The notes beneath the pieces are model-generated. The model was not told where the DNA came from, did no database searches, and saw only the letters and a program-made list of their open reading frames with translations. A program made the translations under genes and the position numbers. A stretch of 64,000 bases of DNA from Eledone cirrhosa (Eukaryota), in NCBI GenBank assembly GCA_964016885.1, contig OZ024743.1:92008001-92072000 (forward strand). The letters run 5' to 3'. Every line of letters starts with the position of its first letter. Positions within the stretch are counted from its first letter, which is position 1. Shown here in pieces: positions 12,751 to 24,400 of this stretch.

Positions 12751-15700
12751 ATTGATGGCTGCAAACTCTGCCAAGAGTATTGCAATCGCTTGTCAGATTC
12801 AGGTGTGTGACGCTCGGATATGGCTTTTCACGCCCGCTAGAGACTTGCACTCCTTCACACACTGACGCCAACTATGGATCTCCCTGGCCTCAGGTCTTGC
12901 ATCAGGTTGCCTGTGAACCCTCACAACACCGTGGAGATCATAGTTCACTAGTTCTCTCTGAATATGGCTGTGACTGTGGCTTCTGAGACCAGATTTGCTC
13001 AAGCAAATTGTTCCACACTCAGGGCACTTCACTTCAATGGAGACACCAATTGTTTCAAGAGATACACCAGGGCATTGCTTACGCACATCCCTTTTGATCT
13101 TCTCGTGCTCTATGCGTCTGTCCTCAAAATTATGGACCCATCGTTCACCATTCCACGCCAAGTTTCTCTTTCAAGAGTTTCTATCTCCCAGTCAGCCATC
13201 ATCAAACCAATTCTTTTCAATAAGTCCTTTACACAATCCTTGAATCGGAGCCTTGGCTCGTGAGGTGGTCTCTTACCCTCACAAAGCTGGCCATACAAAA
13301 GTTGTTTTGGGATTCGATCATCCTCCATTCTGCAGAGGAGTCCGATCCATCGCAAACGCCGTTGGTGGATGATACTTTCAATGCTGGGAAACTTCTCTCA
13401 AGGACCTCAACATCACTCACATGCATCTGCCACTTGATACCAAGCATCTTTCTGAGACACTGCTGGTGAAACCGTTCCAGTCTGTGGATATGCCGTTTGT
13501 AGGCAACCCATGTCTCACATGCATACAGCAAAGCTGACATTACACATGCAGCAGACACTCTCACCTTGGTCCTCGTTGTGATTCCTCGCCTGCACCAAAG
13601 ACGGTCGTTGAGCCTTCCAAATGACTCACTTGCTTTACTAACACGTAGACCAACTTCTGCATCCAGAGAGTAGGTCATACTCAGAGTACTCCCCAAATAC
13701 ACAAATGTGTCAGCAGCCTTCAGCTTTTGACCGTATACGTGTATGGAGGGTTCATTGAAAACTTTATCCGGAGCAGGTTGGTACATGACGACAGTCTTCT
13801 TCAGACTGATTGTCAGTCCCAAAGCACTGCACGCATTGGAAAAAGAATCCATAAGGTGTTGCATGTCACTCTGGGGGTGTGCAAAGAGATCACAATCATC
13901 TACATATAAAAATTCTCTGATCAAGGTACTCACTACCTTAGTGTTGGCAGTGAGACGCCTAATGTTAAACAGCTTGCCGGAAGTGCGATATCTGAGATAG
14001 ATACTGTGTTGACAATCCTTGAAGGCCATGAAAAACACCATCGCGAAATACAAGGCAAACAAAGTTGGTGCAGGTATATCACCCTGCTTGACACCATTTT
14101 CAACCGAGATTGGCTCAGACAGTTTACCTCCAACATTCACCCATGCCTGCATGTCATCGTGGAAGAGTTTCAGAATGTTCACAAACTTTTCAGGACAGCC
14201 CAATCTCTCTAAAATAACCCACAAAGCCTTCCGATTAACGGTGTCAAATGCCTTGGTCAGATCGACAAAAACTTGGTATAAGTCCATGCGCTGCTCAATG
14301 CATTTCTCTTGAAGTTGTTTGGCCGAGAAAATCATGTCAACAGTGCCTCTGCCATTCCTAAAGCCACATTGGGACTCAGGAAGTACCTCAACAGCAATGT
14401 GATGTATCAATCTGTCCAACAATATCCTGCACAAGATCTTCCCAGCCACAGATAGCAGTGAAATACCTCTGTAGTTGCCACAGTCATCTTTGGCTCCATT
14501 TCCTTTGTAAAGTACCACCATCAGTGCGTCTTTCCAATCCTGTGGCACATCTTCTTCATTCCAAACATTCACAAAGAGATCAGTGAGGCGGTTTAAGAAG
14601 TTATCACCAGCACACTTGAAAATCTCGGCACTCAGTCCATCCATTCCAGGTGACTTGCCGCTGTTTAATTTGGCAATGGCCTTCGCCACTTCATCAAATG
14701 AAGGAGGATCAGCCATTGCCAGCTTTGTAGGTCTGGATGGAATCGACCGGATGAACTTATCATCAATTTCTGATGGTCTGTTGAGAAGCTCATCAAAGTG
14801 GTCATGCCACCTGATAAGGATTTCCTTCGGATCTCTGAGCAATTCCTTGCCGTCCCCGGAGCGAAGTGGTGATATTTGTGAATCGGTCGGACCATACACC
14901 TCCCTGAGCAGACTGTATAGGAGCTTTGCATCATGTCTATCTGAGGCCTTCTTGATTTCATCAGCCTTTTGGCTCCACCAGGTATCCTGCTTGGCTCTCA
15001 ATCGATGTTGCACACGTGCCTTGATCTGCCTGAAGGTCCGGTCACTCCTGTCAGAACGTGTCTCACAACAATGATGTCAGCACTTTTTGTTTCTCTTCAA
15101 GCAAGGTCTGTATCACTGGATCATTTTCATCGAACCAGTCTTTATGCTTTCTATTGGTATGACCCTAAACTCCAGCACTAACATCATAGACGGGTTTCTT
15201 CAATGATTCCCAAGTGTTTTCACATTCCATGGACTCAAGGGACCTCGACAGCTCAGCTCTGACTTTCTCTGTTTTCAGACGAGCCACGTTTAGTTGTTTT
15301 GGAAGTGCAACCTTCTTCCCCCTTACTTTAGGTTTCATAACAAATTGAAATTTGGCGCGCACCAGACGATGATCAGTCCAACATTCCGTGCCTCGCAATA
15401 CACGAACCGATGTGATATCCCTGATATCACGTTTTCTCGTTAAAACGAAGTCAATAAAGTGCCACTTCTTGGAACCTGGATGCATCCAAGTTGTCTTATA
15501 TTTGTCTTTCTGCTGAAAGAGCGTGTTCCCAATAAGATCCATCTCAGTGCACATCTGCAACAGAAGTAGGCCATTGTTATTGCACTTACCTACTCCATGC
15601 CTGCCCATCACACTCCAAGCTTCCCAGTCATTACCAACACGTGCATTAAAATCACCAAGGATGACAATCTTGTCTGCATAAGGTATACCATGGATGACGT

Positions 15701-16723
15701 CTCTCAAAGACATGTAGAAACTTAGTTTTTCATCATTACTAGCACACATAGTAGGAGCGTACACACTGACCAGAGTCACAAAGCGGTTTTGAATCAGAGG
15801 GACTCTCATGGACATTATCCGATCATTGAATCTACAAGGAATATTTTCCAGCTTTGAGACGATTCCATTCCTGACAGCAAATGCGACCCCTGCCTCTCTC
15901 CTACAACCCTCTGCTCCACCACTCCAATAGAAGGTATATCCTCCCTTCTGTTCTGTGAATTGACCCTCACCTGCCAATCTCGCTTCTGAAAGAGCAACGA
16001 TGTCCATGCTATAGCGATCGTGTTCCCTCGACACCAAAGCAGATCTTCTCTCGGGGCGAGTTTTACTGGACTGGGTATCCAAAGTTCTTACACTCCAACA
16101 TCCAATATTCAGAGGTTTGAACCTCCTTGCAGTTGTAGGATGACGACCGGGCCCACGCTGCGGTGCCATGGGACACCTGCCGGGCCAGACTACTTCACAA
16201 TAAGTTTCAGAGCCCTTACTGCCATTGACTTCAAGGTTATCATCTGTCATCATAGAGCTTGGTGCACTTTTAAGCTACGGCCAGCCACACGAACCTGTAA
16301 CAGATCCTGTAATCGGTGCCTGTGCTTTGAAGGTTTTTTAAGTGGGGAAAAGCCTTGCACTCGACCAATCCCATTCTCTGAGCATCTAAAACACTACCCG
16401 AAAAGGAGAACTGGTCAACATCGCTGGATGCTTCCGAAGCCACAGGTTTTCTTTTCAGAGTTTTCCTCTCTTAGAAAGGTGTCGTGACAACAACTGGGGG
16501 CCTTTCACTCCCAGGTAAAAAAAAAAAAGTACTATTTGGATGGCCGTTGACTCTGCTGAGTTCCTCCGCCATTTGCCAGGTTTTGTATTTCATCCCGCAG
16601 GGTGTCCAAATATCACCCTCCTCACCAAGCTTGGTGGGGTTACCGGTTTATTCGCCGACGGCCCGACCATGAGACAGGTAGTACTGGGTTACATATTACC
16701 AGTAGCACTCGAGAGCAACCTGA
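12751..16723 (-). mobile_element. Full-length, frameshifted RTE-clade LINE (APE endonuclease + RT + C-terminal zinc fingers)
   Basis: APE motifs (IGCWSVRTL, DIVALSE, SVYAPT, GDFNARVG, IDFVL, TDHRLV) in 15165-16253. RT motifs (NYRGISLL, QCGFR, FVDLTKAFD, GVKQG, YVDD, YLGS) in 13229-15013. RWIG..RM..RIPKQLLYG and CPECG..H in 12799-13355. Flanked by (TACA)n. Confidence 0.95.
13229..16253 (-). pseudogene. RTE ORF (endonuclease/reverse transcriptase), disrupted by frameshifts
   Basis: Split into 362-aa and 594-aa ORFs plus C-terminal pieces in other frames. Confidence 0.9.
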
Positions 16724-16821
16724 CACATATACATACATACATACATACATACATACATACATACATACATACATACATACATACATACATACATACATAC
16801 ATACATACATACATACATACA

Positions 16822-17695
16822 GATAGGGATGCAGGCAAAACACCTAGATGTGATAACAAGTGCAGACTCTGCAGAACTAACATCGAGGATATCACCCATG
16901 TCATCAGCAGCTGCCCAAAGATGTCACCGCGGTACTATCTACCTATGAGGCATGATGTAGTGGCCCAAACACTGTACAAGCAGTTCGTAAAAAAGATAGC
17001 CCCGATAATAAACACATTAAAAGCTACAACAATGTGGAAGACATCCATGTACATAATATGAAAGAGTACTGGTGGAATGTTCCAGTAAAAACCCCAATAA
17101 AATGCAGGCATAACAGACCAGATATTATGATATGGAACAGGGAAAAGAAGGCATGCACAGTAGTGGAAGTTAGCTGCCCAGCAGATGCCAATATAATATC
17201 CAAGATTAGTGAAAAGGAGAATATTTATGCAGAACTGATGAGAAATCTGCAGATACTCCACCCTGATTACACCTTCAGATTTATGCCTGTGATTATTGGG
17301 GCACTGGGATATGTTAGTAACTGCCTCAATACAAATCTTGAGAAGCTAGGCTTCACAGGAACAGAAAGAACACAACTAGTTACGAAATTACAAGTACAAT
17401 CCATTAATGGAACAGTAAAAATATGTAAAACATTCCAAAAATTTGCATCTAATAACTGCATATACACATGTACATATACACATGTACATATACACATGCA
17501 TACATACAACTCAAAACATACACATCCACACATACAATAACATCCATATCTACACATGCATGCATGCATACAAAATCTACCTAGTTGATGTTGTGTAAAT
17601 TCCAATGAGAGAGTCTTGTGTCTATGTTAGAAACCGACTCTCTCTCTATTGGGAAAAAAAAGAAATAAATTGGTGAAATAATAAAACCAGAAGAA
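16822..17695 (+). mobile_element. R4/Dong-like (restriction-like endonuclease) non-LTR retrotransposon, 5'-truncated
   Basis: CRLC..EDITHVISSC..RHD zinc knuckle, then HNRPDIMIW..VVEVSCP..K...Y (PD..D/E-K nuclease) and PVIIGALG. Flanked by (TACA)n on both sides. Confidence 0.85.
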
Positions 17696-17761
17696 CATAC
17701 ATACATACATACATACATACATACATACATACATACATACATACATACATACATACATACA

Positions 17762-18369
17762 TGGTGGCTGCCAACTCGTTTTCGAGTACGGCCACTACTT
17801 TATATCCATGTAGGAGAACCCCTACCGATGCGCTAAACAAGTGTGACTTTTTAGTCCAGCCAGCGACTTGAAAACTCTGGTACAAACACTACACCTGTGA
17901 CAATTATTGACACATAGTGCTGGGCCCTTGGTACCATGTGAGGACAAGTGTAGAGAGATCTCCAGATATAAAGCAATGCCTGTGCCGTGAAGCTTTTATA
18001 GTGAGCAAAGACACTGCACAAAGCCAGTCCCACTCTCTTAACCAAGATGATATTTACCAAAAAGAAGAACAAGTCAACATCATTGGATGCCATCAGGGTT
18101 GCAGGTGTTATATCAGAGTTTTCCTTCTCCTAGAATTCTGCCTTGACAAAAGCTAAGGGGTCATCTCTCACGGTGATTTTGGATGGCCATTGACTCTTAA
18201 GAGCTCTTTTGCCCTTTGACAGGTTTTGTTTTTAGTCCTGCAGGATGTCCAAAGTCACCCTCCTCACCAAGAAACCTTGGTGGGGTTGCCAGTTTAGTCG
18301 CCAACGACCCGACCATGGGACAGGTTGTACTGGGATACATGTTACCAGTAGCACCAACTGGTGACCTGA
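17762..18369 (-). mobile_element. Bipartite RTE derivative, copy 2
   Basis: Near-identical to 11995-12602 with the same termini. Flanked by (TACA)n. Confidence 0.85.
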
Positions 18370-18433
18370 CATAAACATACATACATACATACATACATAC
18401 ATACATACATACATACATACATACATACATACA

Positions 18434-18465
<32 letters not shown>

Positions 18466-18635
18466 AAGCTATTATATTATGTTCCTAATTTGGACAGAAA
18501 CTATTGTCAGTTAGTATAGTTTTAACATGCTTGGCCGAATTCAAGGGATACCGACTAGTGGTTTCTGGCCACTTATTTTCTGTCTCCAAGGGCATATCTA
18601 TCTATATATATGTGTGTGTATGTGTATGTGTGTGG

Positions 18636-18775
18636 GTCAGGGGTTCAATCGGGTGTAACCTCAGTTAAAAATGTACTCAATACATTAGTAATGTGTAAAT
18701 ATCAAGTTTAATATAGAAATGGTTTCTACAAGACTAGAAGCAGTTCTAGTCCTCTAGAAATCATCTGTATATTAA

Positions 18776-18780
<5 letters not shown>
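18636..18780. mobile_element. Fold-back mini-element, family B
   Basis: Homologous to 38127-38312. Tail carries GTACTCAATAC, followed by an imperfect hairpin and then (TA)n. Confidence 0.65.
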
Positions 18781-18814
<34 letters not shown>

Positions 18815-18820
<6 letters not shown>

Positions 18821-19011
18821 AAGTGTTTAACCCCGACGGCAGAGCTCAAGCCGTTTTGACGGCTATGCTATTTCTGTCCAGAAATAGCCGTCGAAACGGC
18901 TTGAGCTCTGCCGTCGGGGTTAAACATTTTCCTATTACCCACTCTACTACCCTAAGTATTGAGTACTCTGGTGCATTATGCTCCATCTGATTCCTTACCA
19001 CACTTCCTTCG

Positions 19012-19013
<2 letters not shown>
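18815..19013. mobile_element. Fold-back mini-element, family A
   Basis: Hairpin 18815-18935 plus a 78-nt tail, between (TA)n tracts. Six copies lie in the window. Confidence 0.8.
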
Positions 19014-19087
<74 letters not shown>

Positions 19088-19092
<5 letters not shown>

Positions 19093-19496
19093 AAAAACAA
19101 ACACTAGACGTGAAGTGAAGAATTTTATCAAAAGTTCATTCTTTAACACATGTTTCAATACAATATAAGTCTACATAGTGCTGGTTGCATATTAATATTA
19201 TTATTATGCCCATTCACTGTCAATACATTAAATATTAAACAAATACATTAGATATTCCATTTCTTCAGAAAGATTTCAAAGTACGAGGAAAGTTTCTTAC
19301 TGTTATCTACTCTTATTCGTACATTGAAATCTTTCTGGTGAAATGCAATATTTAATGTATTGATAGTGAATGTGCATAATAATAATATTAATATGCAACC
19401 ACCACTATGTAGACTTATATTGTATTGATACGTCTGTTAAAGAATGAACTTTTGATTAAATTCTTCACGTCACGCCTAATGTTTGTTTTTCCTATA
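19088..19496. mobile_element. ~200-bp imperfect inverted repeat (family C) carrying long-stem-II hammerhead-like motifs
   Basis: Arms ATAGGAAAAACAAAC... / ...GTTTGTTTTTCCTAT. The minus arm reads TCTTT-CTGAAGA-AATGGAATAT..ATATTGTATT-GAAA-C-ATGT-G-TT|AAAGA. Confidence 0.7.
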
Positions 19497-19677
19497 CACT
19501 TTAAAATATTATTACTCCACGATCTTCCACCTGGGTACTATACTCTGATCCCTCTTTTTGGACTACTGTAAACTATACAAGAACCATGTTGAGAAAAATA
19601 CTTTGATAAGCAACCTTATTTGTTTTTTTTTTGTTTCGTTATTTTGTACACTTATCTACGCAAACAAATTTTACTCG

Positions 19678-19784
<107 letters not shown>

Positions 19785-19796
19785 TATATATATAAT

Positions 19797-20213
19797 GTAG
19801 GAGGTGAGTTTTATTGTAGCACAATAAAGCAATGCAAATATCGGATAAGTAGCACTCTACAGTTTGTAGGACTGGAGTATAAATAATATAAGATCAAAAG
19901 ATGGTTAAAAGAGTTCCAAGTATTTTATACTCCTTATACTCCTCCCCCACCATTCTTTACTCTCATCTCCTCCTCTTCCTTACCTTTACCAACCCCCCCA
20001 CTCACTTTTTCCCAATCTCATACATCAATCTTAAATTATTTTTCATATGTTGATTTAAAACTTCACTATTCACAAGTGTTTTTTAAGCTTCATATCATGT
20101 ATCCCTATTTTATCTGATGAAAACGCAGATATCATCCCATGATGATATTTGTTTTTGAAATGCGCATAATAAAATACTTGGAACTCTTTTAACCATCTTT
20201 TGATCTTATATTA
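19797..20213. mobile_element. PLE-like mini-element, family D (tail + inverted 45-bp arm + hammerhead + arm)
   Basis: 19884-19928 is the reverse complement of 20169-20213. Flanked by (TA)n. Confidence 0.8.
20106..20176 (+). ncRNA. Type I hammerhead ribozyme motif
   Basis: TATTTTAT-CTGATGA-AAACGCAGATATCATC-CCAT-GATGATATTTGTTTTT-GAAA-T-GCGC-A-TA|ATAAAATA. 8-bp stem I, long stem II, palindromic stem III loop. Confidence 0.85.
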
Positions 20214-20216
20214 CAG

Positions 20217-20248
<32 letters not shown>

Positions 20249-20333
20249 CATACATATATATATATATACTATATATATACATACATATATATCATAATTG
20301 TTTCTACCCTAACCTTAACCCTAACCCTATCAT

Positions 20334-20516
20334 AATAATTGTTTCTACTTTAGCACAAGGCCAGCAATTATCCCAGTGTATTACTGGTACTTTATTTTAT
20401 CGACCTCGTAAGGATGAAAGGCAAAGTTAACCTTGGTGGGATTTGAACTCAGATCATAAAGGGCCATAGCTCTTTGCTGCAAAGCATGACGTCCGACCCT
20501 CTACCGATACTGCCAA
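20334..20516 (-). mobile_element. Meta-like tRNA-SINE preceded by short (CCCTAA)n
   Basis: Same consensus. Duplicated in inverted orientation at 43.7-43.9 kb. Confidence 0.85.
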
Positions 20517-20772
20517 TAAGCGTTGAATGACAATTTTGTGCTAGATTTGTCTGGGAAATGGTAATTTGATATCTTCATCCCACTCTCACCCTCTCTCTCT
20601 CTCACACACAAACACACTCACTTGAAAATATTGTCACTGGTAGAAAAGCAGCTAATTTTAACTATTTACCTATGTATCTATCTATCAACGGTCATGATTA
20701 ACAATAACAACAGCAATGCACACATCAGAATAACAGCCCAAAGATAGCTAGATAGCTAGCTAGATAGATAGA

Positions 20773-20824
20773 TTTCTTTATTAGCCACAAGGGCGCAACA
20801 AGAAAGGGGACAATACAAAGACAA
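20773..20824 (-). mobile_element. Tx1-like LINE extreme 3' end
   Basis: Matches the 3' termini at 20853 and 49141 (TTTCTTTATT(A/T)(G/A)CCAC(A)AGGGG/C..). Embedded in GATA repeats. Confidence 0.7.
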
Positions 20825-20852
20825 TAGCTAGATAGATAGATAGATAGATATA

Positions 20853-21464
20853 TTTCTTTATTAGCCACAGGGGCACAAAAGAAGGGGACAAATACAAAGG
20901 GGGAAGTTTACATACAATAAAAACGTGTAAAATGTTATCACAGATGGAATTTAAAAGTTAGTCGATTTTCCCCAATAGAGGGAGACAGTTTATATGGGTA
21001 ACACAGACCCCCGAAAAAAATGTGCAACCCTCATCTCCAGGAGTACGAAGAGCTTGTACTCCTTTCCTCTCCTCCTCCTTTTCCTCAACCTACAGGCTGA
21101 TATAGAGAGAAGGCCCATTCACTCGGGCCATTCTCGCCACTTTCACCCACCTTTCATAAAACTTGCTGGGGTACAGCACCTCTCTCTCCATCCTGATTCT
21201 TCTTCCAAAGTGGTATTTGAAAAAAAGAATCAGTTGTTGGCCGGAGAGAAAGGTGTCTGACCTCAGCCCTTTCAACCTTGTCCACCATACAACCTCTTTC
21301 GCCATAGCTATCACACAAAGGAAAACCGCCTCTCCTTCGTTTTTGAAGGAGGGTGGCGGTTTGATCATGACAATGGACTCGGTGGTCAACCGGATTGGTC
21401 CCACCCGCGACAACAGTCGTTCTACATAGCCCCACAGGTCAGTGACGCCCGGGCAGTGTATGAA
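20853..21464 (-). mobile_element. Tx1-like LINE 3' fragment
   Basis: ORF2 C-terminus (HCPGVTDLWGYVERLL..FYERWVKVARM) is paralogous to 21.75-22.1 kb and 49.4-49.75 kb. GATA repeats on both sides. Confidence 0.85.
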
Positions 21465-21487
21465 TAGATAGATAGCTAGATAGATAA

Positions 21488-24400
21488 CTTTCTTTTTATT
21501 TGCCACCAGGGCATCAAAAGTGGGACAAAGGGGGAGTTTACATGCAAAGACGTCCTCAGTATGGAGGAGGCAATAACAATATATAAAAGTATAAAAATAA
21601 AATAAAATATAACAAAATAAATTTCATAACAATATCCTCAATAGGGAGGAGGCGCCTTGGGGGGTCGCACACAACCCCGAAAAAAAGTGTGCAACCCTTC
21701 TCCTCAGGAGCACAGAGAGGGGGGTGCTCCCTTGGTCTTTCATCTTCCTCACCTATAGTCTGATGTAGAGTGAAGGCCCATTCACACGGGCCATTCTCGC
21801 CACTTTCACCCATCTTTCATAAAAACGGCTGGGGTGCAGCACCTCTTTCTCCATCCTGATCCTTCTTCCGAAATGATATCGGAAGAAACGGACCAGTTGT
21901 TGGCCAGAGAGAAAGGTGTCTGACCTCAGTCCTTTCAGACGCGTCCACCATACAACGCCATGGCTATTACGCACAGAAACACCGCCTCTTCTTCGTTTTT
22001 GAAGAGGGGAAGCGGCTTGATCGTTACAATAGACTCGGTGGTCAACCGGATCGGTCCCACCCTTGACAGCAGTTGTTCGACATAGCCCCACAGATCGGCA
22101 ATGCCCGAGCAGTGTACCAATGCGTGTGCAACGGTTCCTCGTCGCACATGCATCTGGGACAGATCTTTTTCGAGGGGTCCCTACCCGGGCGCCCGTGTCT
22201 GTAGAGCCTTTCTCGAACGGGCAGAGCCCTTCTGTAACATTGCCAGGCCAGGGACCTCTGGAAGTTATCCATGGGTCCCGGGCTGAATGTCCTACCGAAC
22301 AGGTTTGCCAGTTCGTCTTCCTCCATGCCTAGGGCTTCTCCGAGGGCGTCGTCGCACCTGCTAACCACCAGCTCTCTATAGAATGACGAGGTGGATTCTT
22401 CACTGACAGCCGGGTCCGCCTGCCAGAGAGCCGTGAGCGCCTGGGCACACTCGGTGTGCCAGGCGCCCAGTTTTCTCGGTCTTTGCTTGACCCAGGATTG
22501 CAGCTCGGTGAGTTAGACGAGTCTGGGAAAGGCTCGCCTCACAAACGGGGCCCACACCGGTTGACCGGAGAGGAATACCTGAAGGTGCCGTAGACTTAAT
22601 GCGTGTTTACGTATCATTAGCCACGGCATCCCCAGCCCTCCTTTCGAAGGGTGTTGACAGCAGATGTAATCTTCTCACCATAGGAGCCCGCTTCTTCCAA
22701 AGGAATTGGAAGAGCGCGCGCTCCATTTTGGCGAGCGTTTCCCTTGGGCAAGGCACAACAGTCATGCGGTAGTAGATGACGGACGCTATATAAGTGTTCG
22801 CCACCTCCACCCGACCTTTCAGGGACAGTTTGCACTCGGCCCACTTCTGGGTCCGTGCAAACACCCTGTTCGTTACCTCACCCCAGTTCTTCTCCACCTG
22901 GAGGTCTGGTCCGAACCAGACCCCGAGCAACTTCACCGGACCCTCCGTCCAGCGCCCGACGACGCCATCGGAGGGCATCGATCTGCCCCTCCACGTGCCG
23001 AGTTGCAGACCGATCGACTTGTCCCGGTTCAGCTTAGTCCCTGTAAACCTTTCGTACTCCTCCAGTAAGGTGCCGATCGCCCCCATTTCCGAGGCCGTCG
23101 ACACCATTACTGTTACGTCATGGGCGTAAGTCCGGCATAGCTAGATATAGTTCGTATGGAAGACCATCGAGACCCGGGGATTTGCCTTTGCCGCATTGGC
23201 TCAGCACGTCCTCTATCTCAGCGGCTGAAATCGGCTCCTCGCAGGACTTCGCCTCCCTGTCCGAGAGACGCGGCAGGCCGTCGAGGTATGGACCAAAGTC
23301 CACATCCCCAACCGGCCCCCCGCCTCTTCCGAACAATCCGGCAAAGTGCTTTTGAAAAGCCTCGCACATTTGCTTAGGTTCAAGGATTACCCGTCCATCC
23401 TGGTCTCGCAAAGACTGGATAGTGGATCTGCTCCCTCTTTTGGCTTCTGTCACGCGGGCCCAGCTAACAGCTTTGGTCCCCTCGTTTCCCAGAGCACGTA
23501 TTTTGCTTCGGACGATGCAGCCTTCGTGTTTCGCGTCGAAGAACTGGCCCAGGCCCGTTCTCGACGCTAGCACTCTGGCCACGTCGCCGCTTCTAATTGC
23601 CTCTTCTACACTATCTACCAACTCCCTTTCCTTCCTATTTCTATTTGAGGCTAATTCCTTACTAAATTCTATAGAGACTACTCTAATCTCTCTTTTGAGA
23701 GATCCCCACCACCTGCTGTTGACGATGGCGCCCGTCAACCGCTCCTTAACTAAAGTGCTAATCCGGTCCCTGTAAGCCTTACTTGCCGGTAAGGACAAGT
23801 TGAGCTTCCAGTAACCGGGTCCCTGTCTATGAGTTCTGTCAAGGTTGACCATGCAGGTCACTAACTTGTGGTCTGAATAGCCAACCATGCGCATTTTTGG
23901 ACAACTTAAAAAGTCCTTATCCTTAATTCTAACTAAGAACCTATCTAGGTACGACCTAGATGATCCGCTACGATTTGCCTAAGTCCAGGTTGGCGCAGTC
24001 GGAAAATCTAGTCGATATCTATCGGCCAGGTCAAATCGACCGATTAACCCTTTGAGGCTATTACACCCCTCTCTATCGGGACAGGCCCCTACGTAGTCCC
24101 AGCGTGCATCTAGGATACCATTCCAGTCCCCCACTAATAGCATGGAGCGGGACGTCCCTAGAAAAGTCTCCAGACGATGGAAGAAGTCCGGCCGCATTGA
24201 CCCGAAAGGGCCGTAGGCGGCTACCAACCTAAACGCTCCGCCTTTACCACTGCCAAGGTCCAGAACCACTAGTCGACCCTCCGGGTCCAAATGTACCATC
24301 TGTGTTGCGAGACCCAGATGTTTTTGCAGCAGAACGACAACTCCACCCCCACCTCCGGGCTGACAGAGAGATGCGTGCATCTCAAAGTCATCAAAGGTGG

